64,000 nucleotides of DNA from the human T2T-CHM13v2.0 reference genome, Homo sapiens. The position numbers were made by a program, and so were the translations under genes. Every line of letters starts with the position of its first letter. Positions within the stretch are counted from its first letter, which is position 1. Positions 1-14,925 of this stretch are shown here, one piece after another. Location of the stretch: assembly GCF_009914755.1 (NCBI RefSeq), contig NC_060930.1. One strand, 5' to 3'. Below the pieces are notes generated by a model, which was not told the DNA's origin, made no database searches, and worked only from the letters and a program-made list of their open reading frames with translations.

Positions 1-80
1 TACAGGCGCCTACCACCATGCCTGGCTAATTTTTTGTATTTTTAGTAGAGATGGGGTTTCACTATGTTGGCCAGCTGGTC
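1..80 (-). mobile_element. Alu fragment (cut by window edge, 5'-truncated)
   Basis: Antisense Alu linker and part of left arm (gctaattttttgtatttttagtagagatggggtttcac). Confidence 0.9.
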
Positions 81-911
81 ACCTTAGTTTTTATTTATTT
101 ATTTATTTACAGAACTGGCCTAAATGTAGTGAGGCATTTCCATTCCGGTTTTTATCCTTCCATTAGCCAGAAGGGTTGATGGGGGCAGGTGGTTACATTT
201 CACAGCGAAGCAGGGAGGTGGGTAAATGCAGTGCCGAGCCTTAGAACCAATCCTTAGCTTGTTAGCTGGCCTCATTAAGAGTCATGATTTTTAGGGAGAA
301 GGGGAAGGACAGGTTCTCTTTTCTATTTTGTTCATAGCATGTTTTGGACCACATTAACCTAGCCCTTAAAACACTGCTTTTACTGAGTTACCCATTAATG
401 TTAAGCTTTTATTCATGTTTGCTATAGGAAATAATTGTAAACCCTGTTTTTACATTTGTGTGAGATTATTGTCTTTGTCCCTTCCACCATCTGATGACTC
501 TTCCGTAGTGCTTCATTGGTGACTTTTCTTCAAAATTTAATACTGGGAAAAACATTTTTCCTGGCTAACTAGTCAGTTTCCTCATTTCTGATAAGATTTG
601 TGTAAGCCATCCTGAGTCTCTCTTTGCCCTGATGAAGAGTATACTTCAGGCCAAGTTTTTTATAGTTTGCATTAACATTTTTGCTGTCTTCTTTTTCTTA
701 GCTCTATTTTTCCTTTTAAAAGTTATTATAAACAGTCTTATTTTGTATGTGCTTTTAATTAGGTGCTTTATATTCTTCTCGGAAAGAGTCATGTTTCTAA
801 TAGATTCTTTAAAACAACAGTGCATGTTCATTTTTAAGTACTTTGAATTTATGCTTTTTGCTTCTGGAACCTTTTCTCGCTAACCCTAGTTAATTTTTCT
901 TTCTCGTTTAG

Positions 912-1027
912 TCCTGGGTCAAGCTGAGTATCTCCACGTTTAGGTGCACAAATACTATTTTGTGAAGATCTTAAATTTGTGGTATAAGAACTTGAAGGAA
1001 ATAGAACTGATTTGTTACTTCTAAAAG
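912..1027 (+). other. TULP4: Probable non-coding 5'-UTR exon of TULP4 (116 nt)
   Basis: Branch-point-like gctaac (~879-884), pyrimidine tract tttttctttctcgtttAG ending at 911, donor AAG|gtaagc at 1027/1028, no ATG inside, non-repetitive sequence. Confidence 0.65.
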
Positions 1028-1508
1028 GTAAGCTTTTGATAAGTGAATATGAATTCCCTCTAAGAACTAGATGATATAAATCATTGCTGAACCCCAAACT
1101 AATGTTCATTATGTCCAGCTGTGATTATAACCTTTGACTGAAATGTGGGTTAAGGGGACATTTGGATCATTATCTTTTTTCCTGCTACCCGGTGTCTACT
1201 CTTTGATTTGAGGTAATGCTAGTTTCTGGGAAGAACGGCTACGAGATTTAAATCCTGCCATTAATTTTCTCATGTTATATTTGTGTACCTATAGGGCATG
1301 GTAGTAGTCAAGAATCAACTGAATTTTCCCTGACAGTTTTTATTCTTGTTGGTGTTAATTGTAATAACACCTGTGTAAAGCAGGCATCTGGATCTTCCAG
1401 GACCACAGATGCTTTCTTGATGAACCCCATGTCATGGTAACCCTTTCTCTGTCTAGAATTATTTTAATTATTTCATATACAGAACGTTATATTATATGAA
1501 AATCTATG

Positions 1509-1838
<330 letters not shown>

Positions 1839-3439
1839 CTAGATACAGTGCCGCCACCATGGCTCTATGGCTTCTTTTAGCCTCATTTTGCCAACTTGTA
1901 ACTATTAATATCTTCCATAAATGGTTATTGTTGTAATAAAAGAAAATCATTTTTAGAAATTTTGAAACACTATGTCTAGCTACATTCAATAATAATTGAA
2001 TCAGAATAATAAATGTTTCGAAGCCCCTGGTGGTAGTTCACTTATTTTCCACTCTGTATAACAAAATTCTTGTGTAAAAGGTAAGGTTTTGGCTTGTGCT
2101 CTGAATCTTAGCACTTTACAGCAGGCAGAGCACAGCGTCCCCTTCATTCATCTTAGTTCCTTGTACTTGGGGTTTCCTGTGTGCTGTTTCCTGCCTGAAT
2201 TTGATTCAACTTTGGATCTGTGTGCTTGTCCTTATAGAATTATATATGCAAGTGATACTACTGTGTTCTTAAACTGTCCTCTTTATTGGTGGAAGTACCA
2301 GTAAATAGAATCATTATATTCACTTACCTACCAGTCATCCTTCAGAACTAATTGTTAAAGTGCAAGTTGGTCTCCTTTCACTAGGAAATAAACTGCCTCC
2401 AGCCTTCTGCTTCAGCAGGTCTGCTTCTTGCACCTCAGGCTCCTCCTCCACCCCAGCCAGCTTCAGCCTCTCTCTTGTATTGGCTGCTTGTGTTTTTCTT
2501 CACCCTCTGGGAGTCCCCTGGGGTGTCCTCCTCTCCTTTGACGGCTTATGTAGTTTCTGCGCCCATTTAACCTCAGGGAATGATTTCTAAACCACATCCA
2601 AAGTGAAAAGTGGTAGATAATGGACCCTCCTATAAATGAGGCTGACCATATATTCTGGAAAACTCTCCTACTCTAAGCCCTTAGAAATACTGCAAAAGAT
2701 ACAGCAAACATCCGTTAAAAGTCTTTATCAAAAGAAAGTGAGAAAAATCCATAGGTGGGGAAAAAGAGAAAGAGGAGTGAGTGTTTTTGGGAGACAGAAG
2801 GTCTAAAACTGAATTGGGAAGTGAGCACTGAAGGCCGGGGCCTGGGACTCATTCAGGCCAGATGGAGACCAGGCTGGAAAACAAAACAAAAACATCCATC
2901 AGCAAATGGAGTTAAAAAGAAAAAGTCTCTTTTGAGACTGTTTGGCTTGGGATTTGAATTAATGCTACCTGCATGGTCTGGAAAACCCCAAGCTGAGAAA
3001 CGAATCTAAATGCTTCTGAGTTGGAAGAGCCCAGGGCTGCTTGGCAGAAAGAAAGAAATGCAAATCCTTTCAAGAAGAATGCTACCCTCTACCCGCTGCT
3101 GAAGAGCTGGGGATATGCTGACGATAGAAACATTGCTAGACATATAAGGAAATGAGCCGCCGTGAATGAGAGTCAGCTTAAAGTCAGTGATGACGTGCCA
3201 TCTGCTTGATTCGTTCATTCCTCACTTTTTAGCTGACCACCCATTATATACTGAGTGCTGTTCTCAGTGCTGTGGTTATAATGGCAAAACATTATGTGGA
3301 GAAATAGGTACTGAGCTGCTGACCAGAGGCTTTGGTACATTTGGCCTGCAGCCCTGCCCACTTCAGGGCTCTCAGTCAATGCTAGAAAACTGGTGCTTGG
3401 CTGGTCCCAGTTTGAAAACTGCTGATTATGTTAATTCCT

Positions 3440-3570
3440 GGATTTTACAAATGAAAAAACTGAGACCACAGTGGTTAAGTAACTTGCCCGAGGTGTGAGC
3501 CTCGGTTTCCTTGCCTGTGGAATGGGGATGATACCTACCTCACAGGGTTTCTGTGGCTATGAAAGGTTAA
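3440..3570. mobile_element. MIR fragments
   Basis: MIR core motifs (ttttacaaatgaaaaaactgag...aacttgcccgaggt; gagcctcggtttcct...taatacctacctcacaggg-like). Similar MIR pieces near 6650-6820, 9490-9720, 37170-37280, 43390-43500, 46890-47090 and 61410-61640. Confidence 0.6.
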
Positions 3571-3900
3571 CCAGCATGTTTTCTGCCTCAGATATGTCTA
3601 TTCTTCCTTTGTCTTCGTCTTTAATGATCACAGATAGTACAAGGACCCAGTTCTCCTGCTTTTCGGGTTCAACACTTTTCTGTTGCTGGTATGATTCTCA
3701 AGGTCTTTGATTGTTCAAGCCCTACACAGAGCTTCACACCCTCACTCTTAATTGTTCTCTGATTATTTCATGTATGTGAATTTCCCCTTCCTAACAGATT
3801 GTGAACAGTTTACGTTCAGGGTCCAGATTTTGTATTTTTATGTTAGCTTTATGTTGTCTAGTCTTGGACTGGTCTGTTAGTAGATTTTTTGTTGTTGTTA

Positions 3901-3980
3901 AGCAACAATAAACAATTCTTTATAACAAATAATATGTTGTTTATTAACAATAAACAACATATTATTTGTTTATTGTTGCT
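3901..3980. repeat. AT-rich inverted repeat (22-bp perfect stem, 3-nt loop, plus outer 10-bp stem)
   Basis: 3924-3945 aacaaataatatgttgtttatt is the exact reverse complement of 3949-3970; 3901-3910 pairs with 3971-3980. Confidence 0.9.
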
Positions 3981-6900
3981 GGATTAATCACAGTAGTTCC
4001 ATTGTAATGAGGAAACAAGAATATTTCTGTCCAAAAAGTCATTATGCGAGAGTTTTGGCAACGTAAGGAAACACTTTTGCTGGCCATTTATGATGTTGAC
4101 ATCTGTATTCTGCCCCTTCAGTCTCTGACTGATGATTCCTACCTGAATTCCTGCTGTGGTTTGCCTTACAGTACAGGCCTGCTCATTCCTTCTGTACCAG
4201 GCCTGTTTGTGAGTACTGTTCACCACCCTGAGATTCTCTCTGTATGTTGGAAATCATTGAATGAATAGCTCACAGCCGCTTCCATGTAGTTGTAAGCACA
4301 TGTATTAGGATTGGAAGTGCATCCATTTGTATGGGCACGGGTCCATTGTTAGCTTTGTTCCCCTGTCGCCCTGCCCTGCCCTGCCCTGATCTCTGGCCTA
4401 GATGGACAATGTGGGTGTGCTCTCTGTGTCTTCCCTGTCCATCTGTTGGCCGAGGGTCAGGCACTTCTGCTTACCATCAGAACCAAGAAGGAATCACTTG
4501 GAATTCATCCCTCCCATAGAACCCAACTGTGGCTGGGCTATAGCCAGGGCTCTGTTCGGTTGCTGGCTGCGTTTCAGCTCTCCATTTGAGTCCTTTCTAT
4601 ATGAAAAACATGAAAATGCCAGGGGATTATTTTTGCAAGTAAAAAAGATGGCAGCAGATGTGAAAACAGATTTACTCATCATGATGTAAATTGGTGTTTT
4701 GTTTTCATTTTAGTTTAACAATATATAGGTATTCATGAAAATATTTGGCTGTAAAAAATTAGGAAAATTACAAACTGCCATTATCTGTTGCAATTCATTC
4801 AATTCAGTTTTTTTTGGAAAGAACTTGAAATTGTAAGTTAAAAAATTTACTGAAATTTGTGCTAGTTAAGCTTTAAGAATTCTAAGTAATAATCCAAAAG
4901 ACATTCTAAAATTCAGATTTATCAAAATCAATTGTACCTTTCTTTGTACAGATATAATAATTTTCTGGAATATGGAATGTGGTGGTAGAAGTAATGCAGA
5001 ATTGTTTTGCCATAGCCTTTGTTTTCTCTCGCAATTATTTCTGTGTTTCTTCTGTTTTATAAAGGAAATGGATTGTGTTTAGTAATTTCCTCTGTACCTG
5101 TAACCACGAGAGTAAACTTTTTATTACATCTAAACTTGTTTATTCTTGTATACATGCTAGATCATAGACTAGTTGAAATTTTCTGTGTTACCATGGGTCT
5201 GTGAAAAGATCTTGTCTTACTGGTCTTGTATTCCTAGTAAATTTCAGTATGATGATATCACTTAAACACTGTAACTGTGGGACATTGGCAGGAGCTTGGG
5301 GATATTTTTAGCTACTTGGAACTCTTATTGTAATGGTATTTATTAGTAATTCAAGACAAATTTTATTGTTTAATTATGCTCTATGGGTTTATTGCCATCC
5401 AAGACTGCAGTGTTTTAGATGACTAGAATTTAGCTTTTTAAGAACCCCAAATTTTTATTTCAGCTCTTTCAGTGGAAAATTTTCTAAAATATGCTATTTC
5501 CTTCTTAATGAGAAGATAGTGAACATAATAGGACGTGTAATTTCCCACTTGAGTTCATCTCTTTATTCTTTTGTGAGGACGCACAGTAATGCTTTTGGAA
5601 GGGGTCAGCATGTTGGGCTTCTTCCTACATTTAATGGTCATTTGCCAACAGATATTTACTGAGTTCTTTTCTAGGTCTGGAGATTCAGTGATGAAGGCAT
5701 TATTTCTTGCCCTCAGAAGGTTCATATTGTAGTAGGGAAGATAAACCAGGTAGTAAATCTTAGAACACAATGGGATGTTTACAGTGAAGAGGAGAGGCCA
5801 ACCTGGAGTATATGGGTTTGAGATCCATACAGATCTGGGTTCAAATTACAGGGTGAATGGAGTTGTTAAGCTCCATCTAGCATTTGCGTGGCCAGACATA
5901 TGCATGTGTAGTGTTTATTTCTGTCGTGGCAGTAAAAAGACTTCTCCTGTAGTTTATTGGCCTATAAAATAATATAATTTACGACATCATTGGAAAAGTA
6001 TTTTTATTCCTATGTAGGGTCATTTGTTTCTAGAGTAGAACAGTTTTAACACCGTATACAAATAAAAGCACTTTTATTCAACTGAACATGCATTTATTGA
6101 ATACGTAATATATACGTACATTTTGCTTGCTAGATGTCTTGATGAATAGACATTTAAAAGTCCTTACCCTTAAGTAATTCCCAAGTTAGCACGGATGATA
6201 AGGGCTCAAATACTTATAATATGGTGTAGAATTGAATGAGCAACTTAAGATAGAAACATTTGCTGTAGAAGACCATACTTACTAGGGAGGAACTGGCAAG
6301 GATTTATGGAATCGGTGATGTCGAAGCTGCATCATGAAAGATGGCTAAAGTTGGGGGAATTTGGGATGAGCATTGTACTTGGATGGATTAGCTTGGAGCT
6401 TAGTCCAGGCAGTAAATATATTCATACTTTGAAAGGAGGGTAATTTTTATAGAGGACCCTGGTGGAAGACAAGACTGGCACAATAGGTAGGTGTATGGCC
6501 CTTCTGTGAAGGCCCTTGAATGCCAGGCTGAGGAGGGTGTTCTTAGCCAGTGAATGTGACCAAGTGACTGTTTTTAAAGTGGCAAATGATACTATTGCAG
6601 CTGTCCTTTAGCCCACTGGCAAAACGGGTGAATATTAACTGAGGGGAGGTCATGTGGTCTACGGTGAAGAGCACTGAAATTATCAATTGGTTTGAATTCT
6701 GGCTTCAGCACTTAATATGCTGGGGGGACTTCAACTTCAGGCAAGTTGCTCAAAACCTTTCTGAGCCTCTATTTCCTCATAGAGAAAATGGGAATAATGA
6801 TTCCTTTTATATGGCTGTCTTAAATGACATAACATTTATGAAATCACCTTTAATAATTTGCATGTCCAGTTTGTTTGGGATTTCAGCCTAGGTGGTTTGT

Positions 6901-7154
6901 TTTCTTTCTTTCCAATCTTCCTATACCTTATATTGATTTTTGTTGTCTTCTGTGGTAGCTCGGACCTCCAGTACTGTGTGGTAGTAGGGTTCTCATCTTT
7001 CTACTTTGTCTGGGATTTCTAGCACAGCATGATACAGACATCTTTATCTTAATTCTTAAATATGATGTTTGCTATAGATTGTAGGTAAATATCCTTTATC
7101 AGAAAAAGGAAATTCTCTTCCTAATTTGGAATCTAAAAAAAAAATGAGTGTTGA

Positions 7155-7449
<295 letters not shown>

Positions 7450-8215
7450 ATGAGTGTTGAATTTTAGGATACTTTTTTGCTTGTATTGCAATAATCTTTT
7501 TCCCTGCTCTTTACTCTTTTAGTATGATGAATTATATCTAATAGATTATATTTCTAATTAGTAGACAAACAGATTTTCTAATAACCTCTTAGAACTAGTT
7601 GTGGCTATTATCACTTTTTAAATATTCTGATTGAGTTTGTGTAATACTGCTGTAGGCTATTCCTGAATGTTTGGTAGAACTCGTTTGTAAAATATATGGC
7701 CTGATTTCTTTGTGGGATGATTTTAAACTACAGATTCATTTTCTTTAGTGGTTATAGAACAATTTAGACTGTCTTTCTTCTTGAGGTAGTTTTGTTAAAT
7801 TGTGTTTCTTAGGAATTTACTCATTTCATATGTTATCTAATTTTATAACATTAAGTTGTTCATGGTATTATTTTATCTTAAGTTTCATGGTGTCTGTAGT
7901 TAGTTGTAGCCCTCTTTTCATTGTCAGTATTTATTTGTGCTGCTCTGTCTTTATCTATCTTGCCAGAGCTTTGTGTCTTTGATTACATTTTGCAAAGAAT
8001 CAGTGTTTGGCTTTGTTTAGCTTGTCTAATTTTTTTTTCTTTTTATTTATTTAATTTCTGTTTTTACTATCTTCTTCCTTTACTCTCTTTTGGTTTATGC
8101 TGTACTTTTCTAACTTCTTTAAGTTGAATGTTTAGCCCCTTAATTTATAACATGTTTTCTTTTCTAACATAAGTTTTATAACATTTTATAACAGTTTCTT
8201 CTTTTATAACATAAG

Positions 8216-8530
8216 TTGTTGTTGTTGTTTTGTTTTGTTTTGTTTTTTGAGACAGCGTCTCATTTTGTGGTCCAGGCTGGAGTACGGTGGTGCAATCATG
8301 GCTTACTTCAGCCTTGACCTCCTGGGCTCAAGTGATCCTCCTACTTCAGCCTTCTGAGAAGCTGGGACCACAGGCATGTGCCACCATGCCTGGCTGATTT
8401 TTTAATTTTTTGTAGAGACGGGGTCTCACTGTGTTGCCCAGGATGGTCTTGAACTCCTAGGTTCAAGCAGTCCTCCCACCCTGGCCTCCTAAAGTGTTGG
8501 GATTGCACATGTAATCCACCATGCCCAGAC
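8216..8530 (-). mobile_element. AluJ
   Basis: Diverged antisense Alu with (GTTTT)n tail; taacataag repeated at both flanks. Confidence 0.9.
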
Positions 8531-8593
8531 TAACATAAGCATTTAAGGCAATGAATTTTCTTTCAAAATACCACCTTTGCTATAGCCAAGAAG

Positions 8594-8830
8594 TGTTTTG
8601 TTTTGTTTTGAGACAGGGTCTCACCCTGTCACTGGAGTGTAGTGGCGTGATTAATGGCTCACTGCAGCCCCCACCTCCTAGACTTAAGCCATCCTCCCAC
8701 CTCAGTCTCTTGTGTAGCTGGGACCATAGGCGCATGCCACCATGCTGGCTAATTTTAAAATTTTTTGTAGAAACGGGGTCCCACTGTGTTGCCCTGGCTG
8801 ATCTCGATCTCCTGGGCTCAAGCATCCACA
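8594..8830 (-). mobile_element. AluJ, partial
   Basis: Antisense Alu right arm plus part of left arm, joined directly to the L1 fragment. Confidence 0.85.
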
Positions 8831-10890
8831 TCAGCATTTGTTATTTTCTGACTCTTTTAGTAATAGCCATTTTAACTGGGGTGAGAAGACATCTGCTTGT
8901 GGTTTTGATTTGCATTTCCCTGATGATAGTGATGTGGAGCACTTTTTCATGTACCTGCTCTCCATTTGTTGTCTCCTTTTGAGAAATGTCTTTTCAGATC
9001 CTTTGCCCATTTTCAAATCAGAATGTCTTTTGCTGTTGAGTTCCTTATATATTCTAGTTGTTAATCCTTTGTTGGATGAATAATTTTGCAAATGTTTTCT
9101 CCCATTCTGTGGATTATGTCTACTTCGTTGATTGTTTCCTTTGCTGTGCAGAAGCTTTGTACATTTTCATTTATTTTTCCTTTTGTATTGTTTTTCTCTT
9201 TCTAGGGGATTGATTTTGGTCTCCCCTGCTCCCACCTCCCTTCTGTTTTTACCCCTCCAGTGATTTAGAAGTTTTATACTTTATTTCTAGTTTTTTAGTG
9301 ATTGCCCTTTAAATTTTACCATGCTTACCTAAGATAATTAAGTATAAGGTTGAGTATTTTAACTATCCTTCTAAAACAATATAAAGGCCTTAGAGTACTT
9401 TTGGCTCTGGTCATCCTTGTTTTGATCAAATTGTCTTTTTTTTATTTTTTAGTTTTCTACCTTCCCCCCCACATTTGTCATAGACACAGTCTAGTGGTTA
9501 AGCACATAAACTAGAAACTGAAACCGGCAGCCTGGTGTGACACCCAGCTCTGCTGCCTACCGGATAGTGTCGGGCAAGCATTTAACCTGCCTGTGCCTCA
9601 ATTTCCTCACCTATAAAATGTGGACAACAAAAGGATCTTTCTCATAAGGCTAAGGCTTTTCAATGAGAAATATAGTACCTATAAAGCATTAAGAGCTATA
9701 CCTAGAAGTTGATAAGTACTGTGTATTAATATGAGTCTGCTGTTTCTGCTTTATTGTTCTGTTTTGAACAGACATTGTTTAATTTTACCTACATATTTAA
9801 CAATTTCTTTTTTCGTTGTTTCTTAGACCTTCCTTCTGAGACATTTTCCTTCTACCTGAAGAATATTGTTTAGATGTTATATTGCGAGGTCAGTTGGCCT
9901 TAAATTTCAGCTGTTATTCTTTTGAAATGGTCTTCTTATTTCACTCTAATTCTTAAAAGACAATCTTTCTGGGAATATAATTGTGTTTTCTTTGAGTGCT
10001 TTGAAGATACTATTTCATTGATTTTGGCAGCCAGTGCCGCTGTTGAGATGTCTCTGTCATCTAATTGTCATTCTTTTGTAAGCACCTGTCTTTTCCTTTT
10101 GGCTACTTCTGAACTCTTCTCTTGGTGTTTTTATTGTGCACTTTTACTAAAGTGTGCCCAGGTGTGGATTTCTTCTTTATTTCTCCTGCGTGGCATATAT
10201 TGTGCTGCTTCTTGTGTCTGTGCATTTTTTTTTATCAGTTTTGGCAAATTCTCAGTTGTTATGTCTTCAGATATTTCTTTTCCATTTTCTCTGTTCTGTC
10301 CCTTTAGAATTTTAATTAGATTTGTCCTTTTTTAATCTATCTTTCATTTCTCTTGATCTCTTATATTTCTATCTCCTTGTGTCTCTGTGCTATAAAAAAA
10401 TTGGGTAATTTCTTGAGCTATTAGATTGAGTTCATTAATTCCTTTTTTAGCTGATGTCTTAATTGTAGACTGCATTTTATTGAAGGAATAGGTTTTTCAT
10501 TTCTAAAAGATTTGGTTCTTTCTGGCATTTTAGATAGTGTTTTGCTTTCTAATTCCTTTAAACATTTCAAACCTAATTATTTAAAGTTCTGTTTATTTCA
10601 GTTTCTGAAGATTTGGGGATCTAAATTTGTTGTTTGTACTGAGAACTCATGGTGACTTATTTTGTGTGTTTAGTAATTTTTAATTGTAAACAGATTTTTG
10701 GTTGAACCTTATCTGGGGGAATCCTTATTTCCTAAATTGGGACAGTTTGCATGCAGCTAAGATTTGTATTTGCTCTGATATACAAGGATGTTAGAATTGT
10801 GGGACACTTTAGCCTGTGAGTCCTGCTGAATGTGTGTGACTCAGGTTCAGCCTCTGTACCTAGAGGTTGGACCAAAGTCTCGATATCTGA

Positions 10891-11002
10891 TAGAATGACC
10901 AACTGTCTGGTTAGTCCAGGACTGAGGGGTTTCCTGGGATGTGGGACTTTCATTGCTAACACTGGGACAGTTCTGGGTAAACTGTGACTATTGGTCACCC
11001 TA
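10891..11002. mobile_element. hAT-Blackjack MITE (MER94/MER81-like)
   Basis: Terminal inverted repeats agaatgaccaac...ttggtcacccta; a second copy at ~37026-37114. Confidence 0.6.
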
Positions 11003-12732
11003 ATTCCGATTCCAGTGCTTGTTTTGTATCCGCTCTTGTGTCCCCTGTCAGATGACCCTGGCTTTCCCTTATGTTTATGTGTATGTGCCTTCCATAGAGA
11101 TTTTCTATACTTTCCTGCAAGTCCAGCAATTAAAAATTACATTTGTTGTAATTTACTCAAGATCTAGTAGTGTGCAGAGGCCCTTTCAGAGCATTGTGGA
11201 AGTGTAACATGTAATTTTACTTTTTACTTCCTGAGAACGTCTTTTCATGTTGTTTTGTAGTCTTCTACCATATAATTATTAGTGGTTTTATAGTATTCTG
11301 TTTTATGTCTTTATCAACGTTTATTCAACCAATACCCTGTTTGGACATACTGATTATCTCATATTTTTCCCTTATACAAACGCTATAAGAAATCCTTATA
11401 GCCAAGTCTTTGCACAGTGTAAGATTATTTCCTTACGATAAACTTCCAGAAGTGGAATTGATGAATCAAAAGGTTTTGCAGCATTTTAAGTCTTTTTGAA
11501 TTATATCACCAAAGTACTCTCTCATTTCTGTGTACCCTGTGTGACATGTGACACAGGCTATTATTTCTTTCAGACTTCGTTGCTTTGATAAATAAAATGC
11601 CCCCCTTTTTAATGAAGGCACCTGACTTTTGATACTGGTGAGCCCCAATATGGTACCACAGTATTTTAATATCTGAGTATCAGGTGTAGATTCACTCTAA
11701 GAAGTAGCTAACTTCCACTTTCTTTTAAACTACTAATCAAGCAGTTTGTCTGCAAGCTCCATTCCCTCCTCTCTCTGTACAGATAATTACATGTTCATAT
11801 TCTCAGAATCGGCTATTGAAATCAGCCATATAAAGTAAATAGGGAGTAGCTTTCCTTGAAAATACACCTCTTTGTGATTCTCTGAACTTGGCAGTGGACC
11901 TGTGGCCCTTGTGGCTTTTGCTCACAGGGCTGAAATGCCCACAGCCTTGGGCTTCCAAGTGGCTGGTGTTGACCTGGGGTTCACACACAGAAACTCATTC
12001 AGTTCATGTTTATTGTTTCCCACTTCCCTAAACTGAGGCAATGTGCCATGCTCAGTACCTTATTGAACACTTAATTCAGTGCAGGGGTACTGGTGGGAAT
12101 TGCAGGTAGCATAAAAATTGGAGTAAAACATAGCCTCTGTTTATGAGTATATGATTTAGGTAGGGATAATTAATTAAATAAAAAATTATCTCTACCACAG
12201 GCAGAAAGACCCTTGCTATATGAGTCTGCTTATGTGCTCAGTGCTTCTGTGTGCCACACCTGAAAGAGATGGTTGTGTTCTGAATAAGACAGAATTCTAT
12301 AGACTCCACCTCTGTAAGTTACAATGCAAGTCAATGGGAAAATGATTTGAGACTACCACAGTTGTAGAAACACATCTTTTGAATAATCCTAGTCATACAT
12401 TATTTATCTCACTAGCACGTTTTGAGAATTAGAGGTAGAAAATGATAACACAATAAATATATAAAATCATTGTTAAATCCCATTACCTTTGCAGGGATGT
12501 TAGTTTCTTCTGGATGTATGTGTTTCCCTGCGTTTGTCAATAGCCACATAACGAGTGGCTACTGAGAGTATTCCAGCCTTCAAAGGCAGGCTCTGAGTGC
12601 AAATTTGAACCAGCCTCGGGGCAGCCATTAAAACTAATTAGGAAACAAAACTACCTCATGCTCAGTGAATATTTGTAGGTTCTGGAAAATTCTGAAAGGA
12701 AAGGAGTGATTCTAATTAGAAGCAGGTCATCG

Positions 12733-13063
<331 letters not shown>

Positions 13064-13304
13064 TTATTTAAAAAGAAATGCAGAGTTCAGGACCTGCTTC
13101 CATCTGTGGACAGAAGGGCAACGAAGGGAGGCCTGGGTGTGGAGAGGAGGAAAAGGGACAGAAAGCACAGGATCCCTGTTCCTAGGTAGTAGAGCTGTGA
13201 GGACGTCCTGTGTCCACATCCTCCATGGGTCCCTAAGGTAGCAGAGTCAGCCTCCCAGGAGGAGAAACTGGGATGTGTTTGATTCAAATCATTAAACAGG
13301 AAAT

Positions 13305-13661
13305 TCTCCTCCTCCTCCTCTACTTCCTTCTCTTCCTCCTCCTTTCTTCCTCTTCCTTCTTCCTCTTTTTTCTTCTTTCTTCCTTTTCTTCTTTTTTTGA
13401 GACAGAGTCTGGCTCCTGTTTCCCAGGCCTGGAGCACAGTGGCGTGATCTCAGCTTACTGAAACCTCCACCTCCCAAGCTCAAGCCATCCTCCTACCTCA
13501 GTCTCCTGAGTAGCCGGGACTACAGTCATATGCCAGCATGCCTGGCTAATTTTTGTAGAGACTGGGTTTTGCTATGTTGCCCAGGTCCTGGGCTCAAGTG
13601 ATCTGCCTGTCTTGGCCTCCCAAAGTGCTGGGATTACAGGCATGAGCCACCTTGCCTGGCT
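13305..13661 (-). mobile_element. AluJ with expanded TC-rich tail
   Basis: Antisense Alu at 13390-13661 preceded by a ~95-bp pyrimidine tract. Confidence 0.9.
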
Positions 13662-14258
13662 TCCTCTCTTTCTTTTCCTCAACCTCCAAGCAAACCTGTA
13701 GTCAAAAGCTGAAACATTAGGGTGTTTGCATATTTTATTGAAAATTTTCTACTGTATATTTTTGTCTTGTTTTGTGTTCATCTGACACGTGTATATTTTT
13801 TTCCAAATCTACTTTTCTGTTTAAGCACTGTCTTACATTGTTATCCTTTAGAAGAAATAGAACTTTGTTCTGAAGTTTTATATCCATTCATTACTGTTAA
13901 TGTGCATTTTCTTTGTAGACACCTTAGCTTGAGAACTAAAATAGCATCTTTATGCTTTATTGGAATTTTCTAGATTGGGAGAGTACCCCTTATGGTTGGA
14001 TACAATAATTTAAAAAAAACTTCCTTACTAATTTTTCTAAAAGTCCCCCAGGTCTGATGCCTAATGTAGTTCACAGCTTGTTAAACCTGTTTATATCAAG
14101 TTTCTCAAGTTAAAAAATTCTCAAATTAAAAAAAAAACAAAACTTACTTGTTGTGAGATATACATACAGAAGCATATGTTATAAAGTGTATATATGTAAT
14201 AAAGAATAAAGTGAACACCCCGTAACTACCACCCAGGTAAAGAAATATGGCCAGCATT

Positions 14259-14666
<408 letters not shown>

Positions 14667-14769
14667 TTAGTCGTACCACCAATGTATTCTCTATTAACTG
14701 ATAAAATTAGTTTGGCTTGTTTCTGAACTTCATATAATTGATTCATATTATAGGTATTCTTTCATAAGA

Positions 14770-14925
14770 TCCTTCCTTCCCCTTCCTTTTTTCTCTTTTT
14801 CCTTTCCTTTTCTTATTTTCTCCTTCCTTTCTTTCCTTTCCCTTTCCCTTCCCATTCCTTTTTCTCTTCCCTTTTCCTCATGGCTCACTGTAGCCTCGAT
14901 TTCCTGGGCTCAAGCAATCCTCCCA
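14770..14925 (-). mobile_element. Alu remnant with (TTTCC)n tail, interrupted by the provirus
   Basis: catggctcactgtagcctcgatttcctgggctcaagcaatcctccca abuts the LTR end at 14926. Confidence 0.75.

Larger units (their letters stand above)
7466..10700 (-). mobile_element. Old, degraded L1M fragments interrupted by Alus, a younger L1 piece and a MIR
   Basis: T-rich antisense L1-like sequence. The piece at 8831-9160 translates on - to an L1 ORF2 C-terminus-like peptide (SNKGLTTRIYKEL...MKKCSTSL). Confidence 0.6.

Noticed and set aside
9922-10335. 137-aa hydrophobic ORF suggesting a membrane protein
   Set aside because: Non-ATG start in T-rich antisense old L1 sequence; F/L/C/S bias reflects base composition.
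13305-13399. Pyrimidine tracts (also 14770-14878 and 55786-55879) as special triplex elements or acidic/basic ORFs
   Set aside because: Each lies at the tail position of an antisense Alu and is explained as a mutated, expanded A tail.
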